64,000 nt of DNA from an uncultured Chthonomonadaceae bacterium (GCA_963835065.1 CAWIEK010000057.1:32001-96000), one strand, 5' to 3'. Positions 10,409 to 20,483 are shown, counted from the first letter of the stretch. Numbers and translations are program-made. Notes: a model not told the origin generated them from the sequence alone.

Positions 10409-10707
10409 TTCACCACAGAGGCACAGAGGCACAGAGGGGTCACAGAGGAAAACAAGGAGAGATAGAAACCGCGAAACACACGAACTAAACGAAAAAAGGA
10501 CAAAAAGAACAGAAGAACATATAGAAAAGTATCCAAAACCTGTAGAGTAACTGATTCCCTTTGCTCCCTTTGCCTCTTTGCGGTTCTTTTTGTTTTTCTT
10601 TTTTCGTTTAGTTCGTGTGTTTCGCGGTTCCCTCTCCTTGTCTCCTCTTCTTCTCTTCTTTTCTTCCCCTCTGTAACCCCTCTATGTCTCTGTGTCTCTG
10701 TGGTGAA
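10409..10707. repeat. Family-A nested palindromic element
   Basis: ttcaccacagaggcacagag...aaccgcgaaacacacgaa...ttcgtgtgtttcgcggtt...ctctgtggtgaa. Confidence 0.92.
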
Positions 10708-10741
10708 AGCGCATTTTGTATTGGTTCTGAATGGGGGCGTA

Positions 10742-11873
10742 ATGGTCAGTTTAATACTCGGCGTTGTGCTGCTGGCAACGATTTTGTGGGATACGTTTGA
10801 AACCATTGTGCTGCCCCGCACGGTGACGCGCAAGTGGCGCTTTACCGTGCTGTTCTTTCGCGGTTTCTGGCTTGTATGGCAGCAGATGATTAAGCGGGTG
10901 CGCAAGAGCAATCGGCGGGAAGCGCTGTTGAGCGCGTTCGGGCCGCTGTCGCTGCTGATGCTGCTGGTCGTGTGGGCGCTGTCGCTGATCTTTGCGTTTA
11001 CCTTAATCCACTACGGCCTGGGGTCGCACACTGTGTCGCCCATACACCAACCGGGGTTTCAAGACGGACTTGTACCTGAGCGGCGTCACGTTTTTCACGC
11101 TGGGCTATGGCGACGTGGTTCCCGACGGCACGTTCGGGCGGGCGCTTGCCGTGTTTGAGGCGGGGACGGGGTTGGGCTTTCTGGCCGTTGTCATTGGATA
11201 TCTTCCCGTGATTTACCAGTCGTTTTCGCGGCGGGAAGCGGGCATTTCGCTGATGGACGCCCGCGCCGGTTCGCCCCCCACGCCTTCGGAAATGCTGCGC
11301 CGCCATGCCGAAGCCGGATGTATGACGATGCTCGTGGATCAACTGCACGAGTGGGAAAATTGGGCGGCGGATATGATGGAAAGCACACTTTCCTATCCCG
11401 TTCTGGCGTTTTACCGCTCACAGCATGACCGGGAATCGTGGCTGTCAAGTTTAATAACCATGCTGGATACGTGCGCCCTGATTCGCGTCTGCCTGGACAG
11501 CGCGGACAATGTGGAAGCCGACTGGCACAAGCCTTTGATGTGGCAGGCGCAACTCACGTTTGCGATGGCGCGTCACGCGGTGGTAGATATTGCCCTGATT
11601 ATGAAATGCCCGCCCACCTATTGCCCGGAGGACCGCCTGCCTGTGGAAGACCTGCGTAAAATCAAAGACATGCTGCGCCAGCACAATGTTTCCCTGTGCG
11701 CGTCCGGGGATGAAGACGCGCAATTGCGAAAAATGCGGAGTGAGTACGAACCTTACGTATACGCGCTTGGCGAACGCCTGCTGCTCACGCTTCCCACCTG
11801 GCTGCCGCCCGCAGACGGCAAGGGCGACAACTGGCAGCGCAGCGCCTGGGACCACGCCGATCATTTTGCCTGA
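10742..11873 (+). CDS. Two-TM potassium channel family protein (frameshift near 11055)
   Basis: Selectivity filter TFFTLGYGD with flanking TM helices; extra G in a G run. Confidence 0.85.
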
Positions 11874-12014
11874 GTTCTTCCTTTGCGCTGTTTTTCTTTT
11901 GCTCTATCCAATTCTTCCTTCTAATTTTCTCTGCATATCCGTTGTGATGCAGGTATCTGCCTGGGCAAAAGGGAAATAAGAAGCGAGTGGAAGAACACAC
12001 AAAAGGAGTCAATC

Positions 12015-12767
12015 ATGGTACACCTTCCCATTGGACTGCAACTGTATTCGGTGCGCGACGACGCGCAAAAAGATTTGGCGTATGTGCTGAAAGAAGTGGC
12101 GCGGATGGGCTACGCGGGCGTGGAGTTCGCGGGCTACTACGGCCACAGCGCAAGCGAAATCCGCACAATGCTCGACGACCTGAACTTGAAATGCTGCGGG
12201 ACGCATACCGGCCTCAATACGCTGCTGGGCGATGAACTGCAAAAAACCATTGAGTTCAATCACACGCTCGGCAACATCTATCTGATTGTGCCCGGCCTGC
12301 CCAGAGAGCGCACGGCCTCCAAAGCCGCCTGGCTGGAAACAGCGCATATCATGAATGAAATCAGCGACAAGGTGGCTCCGCACGGTATGAAGACCGGCTA
12401 CCACAACCATCACACCGAGTTCCACGACATGAGCGGCGAACTGCCCTGGGACATTTTCTTCGGCAACACCAAGCCGGAAGTCGTGATGCAGTTCGACACG
12501 GGCAACGCCATGCACGGGGGCGCGGAAGCCGGCCCGTTCCTGCGCCGCTACCCGCACCGCGCTCTGACCGTGCATCTCAAAGAATACTCCGCCTCCAACG
12601 AGCAGGCACTGATCGGCGAAGGCGACGTAAAGTGGGATGAAATCTTCAACCTGTGCGAAACCATTGCCGGTACGAAATGGTACATCGTGGAACAGGAAAG
12701 CTACGCCTACCCGCCCTTAGAGTGCGCGGAAAAATGCCTGCAAAACCTGCGCAGCATGGGCAAGTAG
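12015..12767 (+). CDS. Sugar phosphate isomerase/epimerase (xylose-isomerase-like TIM barrel)
   Basis: GLQLYSVRD, GYHNHHTEF, QFDTGN, VHLKE, IVEQE. Confidence 0.9.
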   Translation: MVHLPIGLQLYSVRDDAQKDLAYVLKEVARMGYAGVEFAGYYGHSASEIRTMLDDLNLKCCGTHTGLNTLLGDELQKTIEFNHTLGNIYLIVPGLPRERTASKAAWLETAHIMNEISDKVAPHGMKTGYHNHHTEFHDMSGELPWDIFFGNTKPEVVMQFDTGNAMHGGAEAGPFLRRYPHRALTVHLKEYSASNEQALIGEGDVKWDEIFNLCETIAGTKWYIVEQESYAYPPLECAEKCLQNLRSMGK

Positions 12768-12778
12768 GCGAAATACGT

Positions 12779-13089
12779 TTTCACCACAGAGGCACAGAGA
12801 CACAGAGGGGTCACAGAGGGGAAGAAAAGAAGAGAGAGAAGAAGAGAAGAAAAGGAGATGGGGAACCGCGAAATACGCAAACCAAGACGAAAAAAGAAAA
12901 ACAAAAAGAACTGCAAAGAGGCAAAGGTGGCAAAGAGAAGTAGCGACTTTGCAGAGTTTTGCTTGTTCCTGGTTTTCCTCATGTCTTTTTGTTCTTTTTC
13001 GTTTATTTCGTGTGTTTCGCGGTTTCTATCTCTCCTCCTTTTCTTCTTTCTCTGTGAAACCTCTGTGTCTCTGTGCCTCTGTGGTGAAA
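12779..13089. repeat. Family-A nested palindromic element
   Basis: tttcaccacagaggcacagagacacagag...ctctgtgtctctgtgcctctgtggtgaaa, with inner aaccgcgaaa/tttcgcggtt and ctgcaaag/ctttgcag pairs. Confidence 0.92.
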
Positions 13090-13111
13090 GAATTTCAGGA
13101 GACAACAGCGT

Positions 13112-13861
13112 ATGCCCCGGTTTGTTGGAGCCGCCGATATTCACTCGCATCCCCTGCCCGGTATTGACGATGGCGCGGGTACGCTGCAAGACAGCGTGGC
13201 GATGGCCTGCCTTGCCGCGCGGTATGGCACGAGTTTGATGGTCGCCACGCCGCACCGCTGGTATGGCGGGCGCGAAAACACGCCGGAATTATTGCTGCGC
13301 CTCACGCATGAAGTGAACGAGGCGCTGAAGGCCATTCCCTGCGGGCGCTTTATTCAAATTATTGCCGGGCAGGAAGTGCCCCTGCGTCCCGAAACCGCTG
13401 AAGAACTGAAACACCGTCGGCTGCTCACATTCGGGGATGCGGGCAAATACGCGCTTGTGGAACCCCCGTTCGATCACCTGCCCGACTGGACGGTAACGGC
13501 GCTTGCCGACATTCTGGAAATGGGAGTCACGCCCATATTCGCGCACCCGGAGCGCAACGCCGACGTGCAGCGCGACCCCACCGTTCTGCGTGAAATCGTC
13601 CGGCTTGGCGCGTATGTGCAGCTGACGGCTATGAGCGTGGAAGGCGTCAACGGCGAACGCGCCCAACGCGCTGCCTTCTGGATTCTGGACAACCATCTGG
13701 CGACTGTGATCGCGTCCGACTGCCATTCCCCCACGCGCTGGCGTCCGCCCACCATGCGTGGCGCGTACCACGTCCTGTGCCAAAAGTACAACGAACCCCT
13801 CGCCCGCAAACTCTGCATCACCAACCCCACCGCCCTCGCCTTAAGCAAGCCCCTCCCATGA
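13112..13861 (+). CDS. PHP-family tyrosine-protein phosphatase (CpsB/CapC/YwqE-like)
   Basis: DIHSHPLPGIDDG, VATPH, AHPERN, IASDCH. Confidence 0.9.
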   Translation: MPRFVGAADIHSHPLPGIDDGAGTLQDSVAMACLAARYGTSLMVATPHRWYGGRENTPELLLRLTHEVNEALKAIPCGRFIQIIAGQEVPLRPETAEELKHRRLLTFGDAGKYALVEPPFDHLPDWTVTALADILEMGVTPIFAHPERNADVQRDPTVLREIVRLGAYVQLTAMSVEGVNGERAQRAAFWILDNHLATVIASDCHSPTRWRPPTMRGAYHVLCQKYNEPLARKLCITNPTALALSKPLP

Positions 13862-14136
13862 AGGCATCGGTGTTCAGGTATTCGGTGTTCAGGTATTCGG
13901 ATTGCCGCTTTTCGATTTTCGATTGCCCTTCCTCTGTCTCCTCTTCTCCTTTTCTCCTTTTCTTCTCTTCTTCCCCTCGGCAAATATGCCTGAGACTCGC
14001 CGCTCCGGTTGCCGATAATCGGAGAGAAGGCCATTCACAGCAACATATCTACTCCCGCTCGCGCTTGTACCCGGCTCTTCCAATGCGAACTCCCAACGCA
14101 TTGTCCCAATGCCTAATGCCTAGTGCTAATGCCTAA
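13862..14136. repeat. Composite repeat region: GGTRTTC and TTTTCGA heptamers, a CT-rich family-A arm, and a GCCTAAT arm before flgB
   Basis: ggtgttcaggtattcggtgttcaggtattcgg; ttttcgattttcga; aatgcctaatgcctagtgctaatgcctaa. Confidence 0.75.
14011..14018 (+). promoter_or_regulatory. Possible sigma28 (FliA/SigD) -10 element
   Basis: Perfect GCCGATAA about 130 bp upstream of flgB; -35 match is poor. Confidence 0.4.
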
Positions 14137-14149
14137 CCCGGAGCCGGCC

Positions 14150-14536
14150 ATGTTCGACAAACTTTTCGGCGGCGATGTCTTCGTTGCCAGTACGCGCGCC
14201 CTTGACGCCTACGCCCTGCGCCATCAGACCATTTCCAACAACCTCGCCAACATCAACACGCCTGGCTACAAGCGGCAGGAAGTGCATTTTGAGGATCAGC
14301 TTGCGGGCGCATTGGCGGCCCGCAATGCCCCCGCTGCTGGCGCGTTAAATTCGGTTTCACAGGTCGCGCCCACCGTCGCCACGATTGGCAGCACGTCCCT
14401 GCGCGCCGACGGCAACAATGTAGACATGGAATCCGAAAACATTGATCTCGCCGTCAACACCCTGCGCTTTGAAACCCTGTCGCAGCAAGTCGGCGGCTAT
14501 TTCAGCGGCTTGAAGTCAGTAATCAATTCAAAGTAG
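14150..14536 (+). CDS. flgB: Flagellar basal-body rod protein FlgB
   Basis: ISNNLANINTPGYKRQEVHFE; RADGNNVDME. Confidence 0.95.
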   Translation: MFDKLFGGDVFVASTRALDAYALRHQTISNNLANINTPGYKRQEVHFEDQLAGALAARNAPAAGALNSVSQVAPTVATIGSTSLRADGNNVDMESENIDLAVNTLRFETLSQQVGGYFSGLKSVINSK

Positions 14537-14657
14537 TCAGTAGCGAGTAGTCAGTAGTCAGTAGACAATGTTTGTTCTCTGATAGCTTTGTATGTCAACA
14601 CAATCTTAGAGTAGAAGGGCATTTCTACTGACTACTGACTACTCGCTACTGACTACT
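14532..14657. repeat. Heptamer hairpin (AGTAGTC)n...(GACTACT)n
   Basis: Perfect 33-bp inverted arms spanning the flgB-flgC junction. Confidence 0.97.
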
Positions 14658-14658
14658 T

Positions 14659-15114
14659 ATGGAGTATTCCATGCCTCTCGGTTCTTCCATGCACATCAGC
14701 GCGTCGGGTTTGACGGCGGAACGCCTGCGCCTGGATGTCATCAGCAACAATATCGCCAACGTCAACACGCCCAACTTTCGGCGGCAGGAAGTGACCTTCG
14801 CGTCCCGCGCCGGGGGTGGCAGCAGTTTCGCTTCCCAACTGGCGGCTGCGCGCGCAGGCAGCCTGTCCGGGGAGGGAGCGGGCGAGGGCGTACAGGTGTC
14901 CGCCATACGCCCGGATATGGACCGCCCGTTCAAAGTAGTTCACGATCCCTCCAATCCCGCCGCCGACAAGGACGGCAACGTCAACATGCCTAATGTCGAA
15001 CCCATCATCGAAATGGTAGACATGATGGCCGCCACCCGCGCCTACGAAGGCGGCGTCTCCGCCATCACCGCCGCTAAACAAATGCAGCAACGCGCGCTCG
15101 ATATAGGGAAATAG
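14659..15114 (+). CDS. flgC: Flagellar basal-body rod protein FlgC (start may be 14671)
   Basis: SASGLTAERLRLDVISNNIAN; MPNVEPIIEMVDMMAATRAYE. Confidence 0.96.
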   Translation: MEYSMPLGSSMHISASGLTAERLRLDVISNNIANVNTPNFRRQEVTFASRAGGGSSFASQLAAARAGSLSGEGAGEGVQVSAIRPDMDRPFKVVHDPSNPAADKDGNVNMPNVEPIIEMVDMMAATRAYEGGVSAITAAKQMQQRALDIGK

Positions 15115-15216
15115 GCATCAGGCATTAGGCATCAGGCATTAGGAAAATTCTTCATACGCCAAATTTTCCTTCTAACGCCTTGCTCCTAATGCCTAATGCC
15201 TAATGCCTGATGCCTA
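15112..15216. repeat. Heptamer hairpin (TAGGCAT)n...(ATGCCTA)n
   Basis: 33-bp inverted arms with one mismatch, spanning the flgC-fliE junction. Confidence 0.97.
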
Positions 15217-15220
15217 AACC

Positions 15221-15574
15221 ATGAACATTACCGCCATAACCCCAATTACAACCATTCTCGCGCCGGAACGGAGTTTGAAATCCGACCCGGTTCCCGAAGC
15301 GATTTCGTCCGCGCCCGGCGCGTCGTTCCCGATGGAAGCCGGCAGCGCGCCGACCAAATCGTTTGGCGCAATGCTTTCGGACGCCATTGCCGGAGTGAAT
15401 CAGGCGCAGGTACACGCCGGCGATATGACCGCGCGCTTTGCGGCGGGCGAACCGATGGACGTGCATCAGGTCATGATCGCCTCCCAGGAAGCCAGCGTCG
15501 CCCTGAGCCTCGCCCTGCAAGTCCGCAACAAACTCGTGGACGGTTATACTGAAATCATGCATGTGAATGTTTAG
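15221..15574 (+). CDS. fliE: Flagellar hook-basal body protein FliE
   Basis: DVHQVMIASQEASVALSLALQVRNKLVDGYTEIM. Confidence 0.95.
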   Translation: MNITAITPITTILAPERSLKSDPVPEAISSAPGASFPMEAGSAPTKSFGAMLSDAIAGVNQAQVHAGDMTARFAAGEPMDVHQVMIASQEASVALSLALQVRNKLVDGYTEIMHVNV

Positions 15575-15576
15575 GA

Positions 15577-15700
15577 GGTAGTCAGTAGTCAGTAGTCAGT
15601 AGCCAGTAGAAATGCCTCTCTCCTCACAGATGCGCGGCGCAGAAACATCTTACAGGAAACGGTTCCTCTACTGACTACTGACTACTGACTACTGACTACT
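15577..15700. repeat. Heptamer hairpin (AGTAGTC)n...(GACTACT)n
   Basis: Inverted arms spanning the fliE-fliF junction; right arm ends just before the AAGGAG RBS. Confidence 0.97.
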
Positions 15701-15719
15701 TCCCCAAGGAGACTCGACG

Positions 15720-17448
15720 TTGCTAGACCGCGCACGAGAGTGGTGGGAAAAACTGGGGCGTGCCAACCAACTGGCCCTGGTGCTGACGACGGTGGGCGTA
15801 TTGATCGCGCTCATCGGCTTTGTCACCTGGGCGGGTACGCCGGACTATGTGCCCCTGTTTTCCAATTTGTCGGCGCAGGATGCCAACGCCATTGCCGAAA
15901 AGCTGAAGGAATCCAACGTGCCTTCCAAGCTGGCGCAGAGCGGCGCGACCATTGAAGTGCCCGCGCAGTTTGCCGATGAGCAGCGCATAAAGATGGTGGC
16001 GGCGGGACTGCCCGCCGCGTCCGCCAATGCCACGACGGGAATGAGCGACGCGCTGACGGGCCAGCACATGGGCGATACGTCGGCGATTGAAGACCTGCGG
16101 ATTCGCTCCGCGAAGGAAAACCAGGTCAGCAAAAGCCTGATGATGATGGACCCCATCGCCAACGCGGTGGTGCAGTCCGCCGCTTCCGACAATAATCCGC
16201 TGATGTTGAGCAATCACGAAACGTCGGCAGCCGTGCTTGTCACCACCAAGCCGGGACATTCGCTGACGGATGAAAACGTGCATGCCATTGTGCGGCTCAC
16301 GCAGATGTCGTTTACCGGATTACAGGAAAAGAACATCAGCGTGACTGATTCGCAGGGCAACGTGCTTTGGGATGGCAACCATGCGGGCGGCGTAGGCGGC
16401 GGTGAGGGCATAGATAAAGCGCGGCGCAAGCTGGAAACTGAGAAGCGCGCGGAAATTCAGAACGCCCTCAATATCGTCTTTGGCGCGCACAACAGCATTG
16501 CCACCGTCAGCATCGAACTGAATTCCGATAGGCGGCAGGAGCACCGCGTGGAAGTGCTGCCCGGCGCGGTCACGATGAAGGAAAACAATGAAACGCATCT
16601 GGAAGGCGCAGGCAAAATAACCAGCACGACGGCTGCGGGCGCGACGGCCAACGTCGGCGGGCCGCCTCCCGCCAATCCCGCGCCGGGCGGCGGGCCGGGA
16701 GTTCCCGGCTATGCGTCGGCGGCGGTACAGCGAGCCTAAAGGCATTTTCAACGAATCAAAGTCGATCACGACTTCGGAACCCGGCAAGACGGAAATCACC
16801 ACGGAAAGCGGGCCGGGCAAGATCGAGAAAATGAGCGTCAGTGTGCTTGTAGACACCAACAAGTACAAAGACCCCGCTGTGCTGGCCGACATCAAAGCTA
16901 AGATCAAGGAAATGGTTGCCGTCAGCATCGGTATCTCCCCCACCGAAGCCGCCAATGGCCGCATGGTATCGGTTGTAGATATGCCGTTCGACCATACGCA
17001 GGAGATGCAGGATCAGGCGGCGGGCGAGCAAGCGCGCCGCGCCGACATGCTCAAACAGCTTGCCGGCCTGCTGATTCCCTTCCTGATTATGGGCATGGCG
17101 CTGTTCCTGCTGGCCCGCGCCCTGCGCAGGTCCAACCCGGCTGCGTTCGCCAAAAATTCCCTCCTGCCCGCCGGGGCCGGCGGGGGCATGGGAGCCTTGC
17201 CGCCGGGTTCGTCCCTGATGCTGGATGGGAACAGCCTGCCGATGCCCGGCCAGATGGTGGGCAGCGCGGACATGATTGATGGCGAAGACGGCCCGCTCGC
17301 GCTCTCCCATGGCAGCAGCGCGCCCAAGAGCTTTGAAGTGATCGAAGAAACATTCGACGCCAACCTGGAAAGCATCCTGCACCTGACCCGCGCCAAGCCG
17401 GACATGGTCGCCATGCTGCTGAAGAGTTGGCTGAGTGAGGAACAGTGA
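15720..17448 (+). CDS. fliF: Flagellar M-ring protein FliF (frameshift near 16720-16735)
   Basis: N-terminal TM plus YVPLFSNLSAQDANAIAEKLKE; PGKIEKMSVSVLVD; second TM; PDMVAMLLKSWL; position in operon. Confidence 0.92.
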
Positions 17449-17450
17449 GG

Positions 17451-17566
17451 AAGTTGATAGTTGATAGTTGATAGTGGTCGGCGGGAAGGCGCTTTCCTTA
17501 GCCGCGTAATACGAGGAGGCATGGTTGAACAAGCCTTCTGAACTATCAACTATCAACTATCAACTT
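17451..17566. repeat. Heptamer hairpin (AGTTGAT)n...(ATCAACT)n
   Basis: 25-bp perfect inverted arms spanning the fliF-fliG junction. Confidence 0.97.
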
Positions 17567-17582
17567 TTCCGAAGGAGATGCC

Positions 17583-18608
17583 GTGAGACCCAGTCCCGCT
17601 ACGCAATTGAACAGTCGGCAGAAAGCGGCCATTTTGTTGGTCGCGCTTGGCCCGGAAGCATCGGCCAAGATATACAAGCACCTGCGCGAGGATGAAATCG
17701 AGAACATGACGCTGGAAGTGGCGCGCATGGGGAAGATCGCCCCGGAAGCGCGGCGGCAGGTTGTGCATGATTTCCATGAAATGTGCATCGCGCAGGAAGT
17801 AATTTCCGAGGGCGGCATAGATCAGGCGCGTAAGGCGCTGGAAGCCGCGTTCGGGGCGGAAAGAGCCAACGAAGTCGTGAACCGCGTCACGCAGGCGCTG
17901 CAAGTGCTGCCGTTCGACTTTATCAAAAAGACCGACCCGACGCAATTACTGTCCTTTATTCAGGACGAACACCCGCAAACGATTGCTTTGATTCTGGCGC
18001 ATCTGGATTCCAAGCAAGCGGCTGCCGTTGTGTCCGGGCTGCCACAGGAACTGCGGGCGGAAGTGGCGCGGCGCATCGCCATCATGGACAGAACTCCCCC
18101 GGAAGTGATCCGCGAAATCGAGCGGGTTTTGGAGCGCAAACTGTCGGGCGCAGTCGTGACGCAGGCGTTTACCGCTGCCGGCGGCGTGAAGGCGCTGGTG
18201 GAAGTGCTGAATTATGTAGACCGCACAACGGAAAAGACTATTCTGGAAAACCTGTCGGAAACCAGTCCCGAACTGGCCGACGAAGTGAAAAAACTGATGT
18301 TCGTGTTCGAGGACATCACGCTTCTGGACGACGGCTCCATTCAGAAGGTGCTGCGCGAAGTGGACAGCAAGGAACTGGGCCTGGCCTTGAAGGGCGTGGG
18401 CGAGGAAGTGCAGTCGCGCATCTTCAAGAACATGAGCGAACGGGCGGCCACCATGCTCAAGGAAGATATGGAGTTTATGGGGCCGGTTCGCCTGCGCAAT
18501 GTCGAAGAAGCGCAGCAGCGCATTGTCGGCGTAATCCGGCGTCTGGAAGAAAACGGCGAGATCGTCGTCGCGCGCGGCGGTGGCGGCGGCGATGAGATCA
18601 TTATCTGA
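17583..18608 (+). CDS. fliG: Flagellar motor switch protein FliG
   Basis: QKAAILLVALG, EHPQTIALIL, MFVFEDI, NMSERAA. Confidence 0.98.
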   Translation: MRPSPATQLNSRQKAAILLVALGPEASAKIYKHLREDEIENMTLEVARMGKIAPEARRQVVHDFHEMCIAQEVISEGGIDQARKALEAAFGAERANEVVNRVTQALQVLPFDFIKKTDPTQLLSFIQDEHPQTIALILAHLDSKQAAAVVSGLPQELRAEVARRIAIMDRTPPEVIREIERVLERKLSGAVVTQAFTAAGGVKALVEVLNYVDRTTEKTILENLSETSPELADEVKKLMFVFEDITLLDDGSIQKVLREVDSKELGLALKGVGEEVQSRIFKNMSERAATMLKEDMEFMGPVRLRNVEEAQQRIVGVIRRLEENGEIVVARGGGGGDEIII

Positions 18609-18767
18609 TTTTCGATTTTTGATTGCCGATTTTCGATTGATGCCTCATTGCCACTCGATTCGCGTGAGTACAACTTGAAAGTGTCCCATTTGGAGAAGCA
18701 GGAACAGTGCAGAAAATTCACAATCCACAAGCGGCAATCGAAAATCGAAAATCGAAAATCGAAAATC
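18607..18767. repeat. Heptamer hairpin (GATTTTC)n...(GAAAATC)n
   Basis: Inverted arms at the fliG-fliH junction; right arm lies inside the fliH ORF (IENRKSKIEN). Confidence 0.93.
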
Positions 18768-19615
18768 CCTTTGTGCCTTTAAGCGAGACCTGTCTGCCGC
18801 GTGTCGGGCAGGAAAACGCGACCGTTGAGCCGGTGAGTTGGTTTCGAACGCTTGCGCCCGAACTGCCCGGACTGGTCGCGCCTGCCGTCGCGTTGCCTCT
18901 GCCGGTGCAGCGCAATGGCGCGGTTCCCACGTTTGCGGCGTTTCGGGACATGGGCGAGATCGAGCGCGAGGAGCGGGAACGGCGCATGATGGGTACGCCG
19001 GAACCGCCCGAAATCGTGCAGATGCGCTATGAAGCGGAACAAACGGCGCAGGAACTTGTCGGGCATGCGTACATGCAGGCGCAGGCGATTGAGGATGAGG
19101 CGCGGCGGCAAGGCTATGCAGCAGGTTTCGCGGAGGGCGCGGCGGCAGGGCGCGCGGAAGCGGAACAGATCGCGCAACGGCAGGCTGAAGTGGATAAAGC
19201 CATCTGGCATGAAGACATTGCCGCGTTTATCGCGCATGTCGAGACCGAGCGGCAATTGGCCTGGAACGCGCTGGAACCACAGATTATCAGCATGGTTTTT
19301 GAACTGGCAAAGCACGTTATCAAGCAGGAAGTGGAAGTCAGCCGGGATGTGGCTTTGTCGGTAGTGCGTAACGCCCTGCGCCGGGTCGTGGAGGGGGGAA
19401 GCCTGCGTATCCGCGTCAACACCGAAGATTTGCAGACCATACGCGGCAGCCGCGAGGAACTGCTCACATTAGTAGACAACATCCGCCACGTCGAAATCAT
19501 CGAAGACCGGCGCGTAGGCGTGGGCGGCTGCATCGTGGAAACCGACGCCGGCAGCATTGACGCCCGCCTCGAAACCCAACTCGCCGAAGCCGCCAGCCTC
19601 CTCGAATTGAATTGA
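18707..19615 (+). CDS. fliH: Flagellar assembly protein FliH (start uncertain)
   Basis: AxxxGxxxG repeats ARRQGYAAGFAEG; GGCIVETDAGSIDARLETQL. Confidence 0.92.
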   Translation: MQKIHNPQAAIENRKSKIENPFVPLSETCLPRVGQENATVEPVSWFRTLAPELPGLVAPAVALPLPVQRNGAVPTFAAFRDMGEIEREERERRMMGTPEPPEIVQMRYEAEQTAQELVGHAYMQAQAIEDEARRQGYAAGFAEGAAAGRAEAEQIAQRQAEVDKAIWHEDIAAFIAHVETERQLAWNALEPQIISMVFELAKHVIKQEVEVSRDVALSVVRNALRRVVEGGSLRIRVNTEDLQTIRGSREELLTLVDNIRHVEIIEDRRVGVGGCIVETDAGSIDARLETQLAEAASLLELN

Positions 19616-19657
19616 CCTTATGGAAGCATCATGCAAAAACGACCTGGCCGCGCTGAT

Positions 19658-19696
19658 ACGCGCCGCCGAGAACCCTATGGGAACTCGGCGGCGCGT
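19658..19696. terminator. Hairpin between convergent fliH and the ice-binding gene
   Basis: acgcgccgccgag-13nt-ctcggcggcgcgt. Confidence 0.6.
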
Positions 19697-19721
19697 TCTA
19701 TTCCGTACCATGATCGGCGCA

Positions 19722-20483
19722 TTATTTGCGGCGGCGCAGGGCAAGCGCCGCAAGCCCGACAGCGCCCAACAAAGCCAGTGACGAGGGTTCGGGAACGGTT
19801 GACGTGGGGCAAATCGCTACGGTGTTCGAGTCCAGCGTCACCGCGCCATTTCGCGCCAGTATACCGCCGTCAAGGACCGTGGCTCCCGTATTCAGGGTGA
19901 TGCTTGTCAGGGCAAGGATGTGCCCCGTGAACGCCGTGCCCGTGCCAAGCGTCGCCGAACTTCCGACCTGCCAGAACACGTCGCAATCGTCCGCGCTGTT
20001 GATGACGCGAACTGAAGAGCCACTGGCCGTAATGAGAGTGCTGCCGATTTGAAAGTCAAAACGGGCGTTCGGGTCGCCGAGCGTGTTGAGGGTAAGGGTT
20101 CCGGTCAGGAAAGCCGACGTATCAAAATGATAGACGCCCGGCAGCAGCGTCTTTCCTCCCAAATCCTGACCGGTAAAGTTTTGGCCGAACGGCTCGTTGG
20201 CTAACACATTATAAGCGGTCGTAACGTCGGATTGCGCCTGCATCGCGACCATATCGCCCGCGTGGATAGTTCCATTGGTCACGATGCCGGGCGGAAAGCC
20301 CGTAATCGCGTTCCCCGGCCAGACTCCCAAATTCCCTGAAAGCGTGGTCACGTTTGCGTTCGTGACTGTGGAACCACCCAGAACCGCAAAACTTTCGGCG
20401 GTGCCGAGAAACTGAGCGCGGGCTTGAGTGTGCAGCCCAAGAACAAGCAAAGTGGTTACTGCAGTTCCCAACCTATGTTTCAT
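19722..20483 (-). CDS. Ice-binding-like (DUF3494) protein with PEP-CTERM tail
   Basis: LGTAESFAVLGGSTVTN, LGGKTLLPGVY, VFWQVGSSATLG, ARNGAVTLDSNTV; VPEPSS-TM-RRRK; AGGAGG RBS. Confidence 0.9.
   Translation of the reverse strand: MKHRLGTAVTTLLVLGLHTQARAQFLGTAESFAVLGGSTVTNANVTTLSGNLGVWPGNAITGFPPGIVTNGTIHAGDMVAMQAQSDVTTAYNVLANEPFGQNFTGQDLGGKTLLPGVYHFDTSAFLTGTLTLNTLGDPNARFDFQIGSTLITASGSSVRVINSADDCDVFWQVGSSATLGTGTAFTGHILALTSITLNTGATVLDGGILARNGAVTLDSNTVAICPTSTVPEPSSLALLGAVGLAALALRRRK

Noticed and set aside
6866..13089. CRISPR array or IS elements from the recurring repeats
   Set aside because: The copies are dispersed inverted repeats, not regularly spaced direct repeats with spacers, and no cas or transposase gene is present.
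10315..13255. ORFs translated from family-A palindromes (10315-10911, 12653-12943, 12707-13255, 12858-13238)
   Set aside because: Low-complexity K/R/E or F/S/L translations of repeat arms, with no independent coding evidence.
19619..19900. Possible fliI remnant after fliH
   Set aside because: No ATPase similarity; the region is explained by a terminator-like hairpin and the antisense strand of the ice-binding gene.
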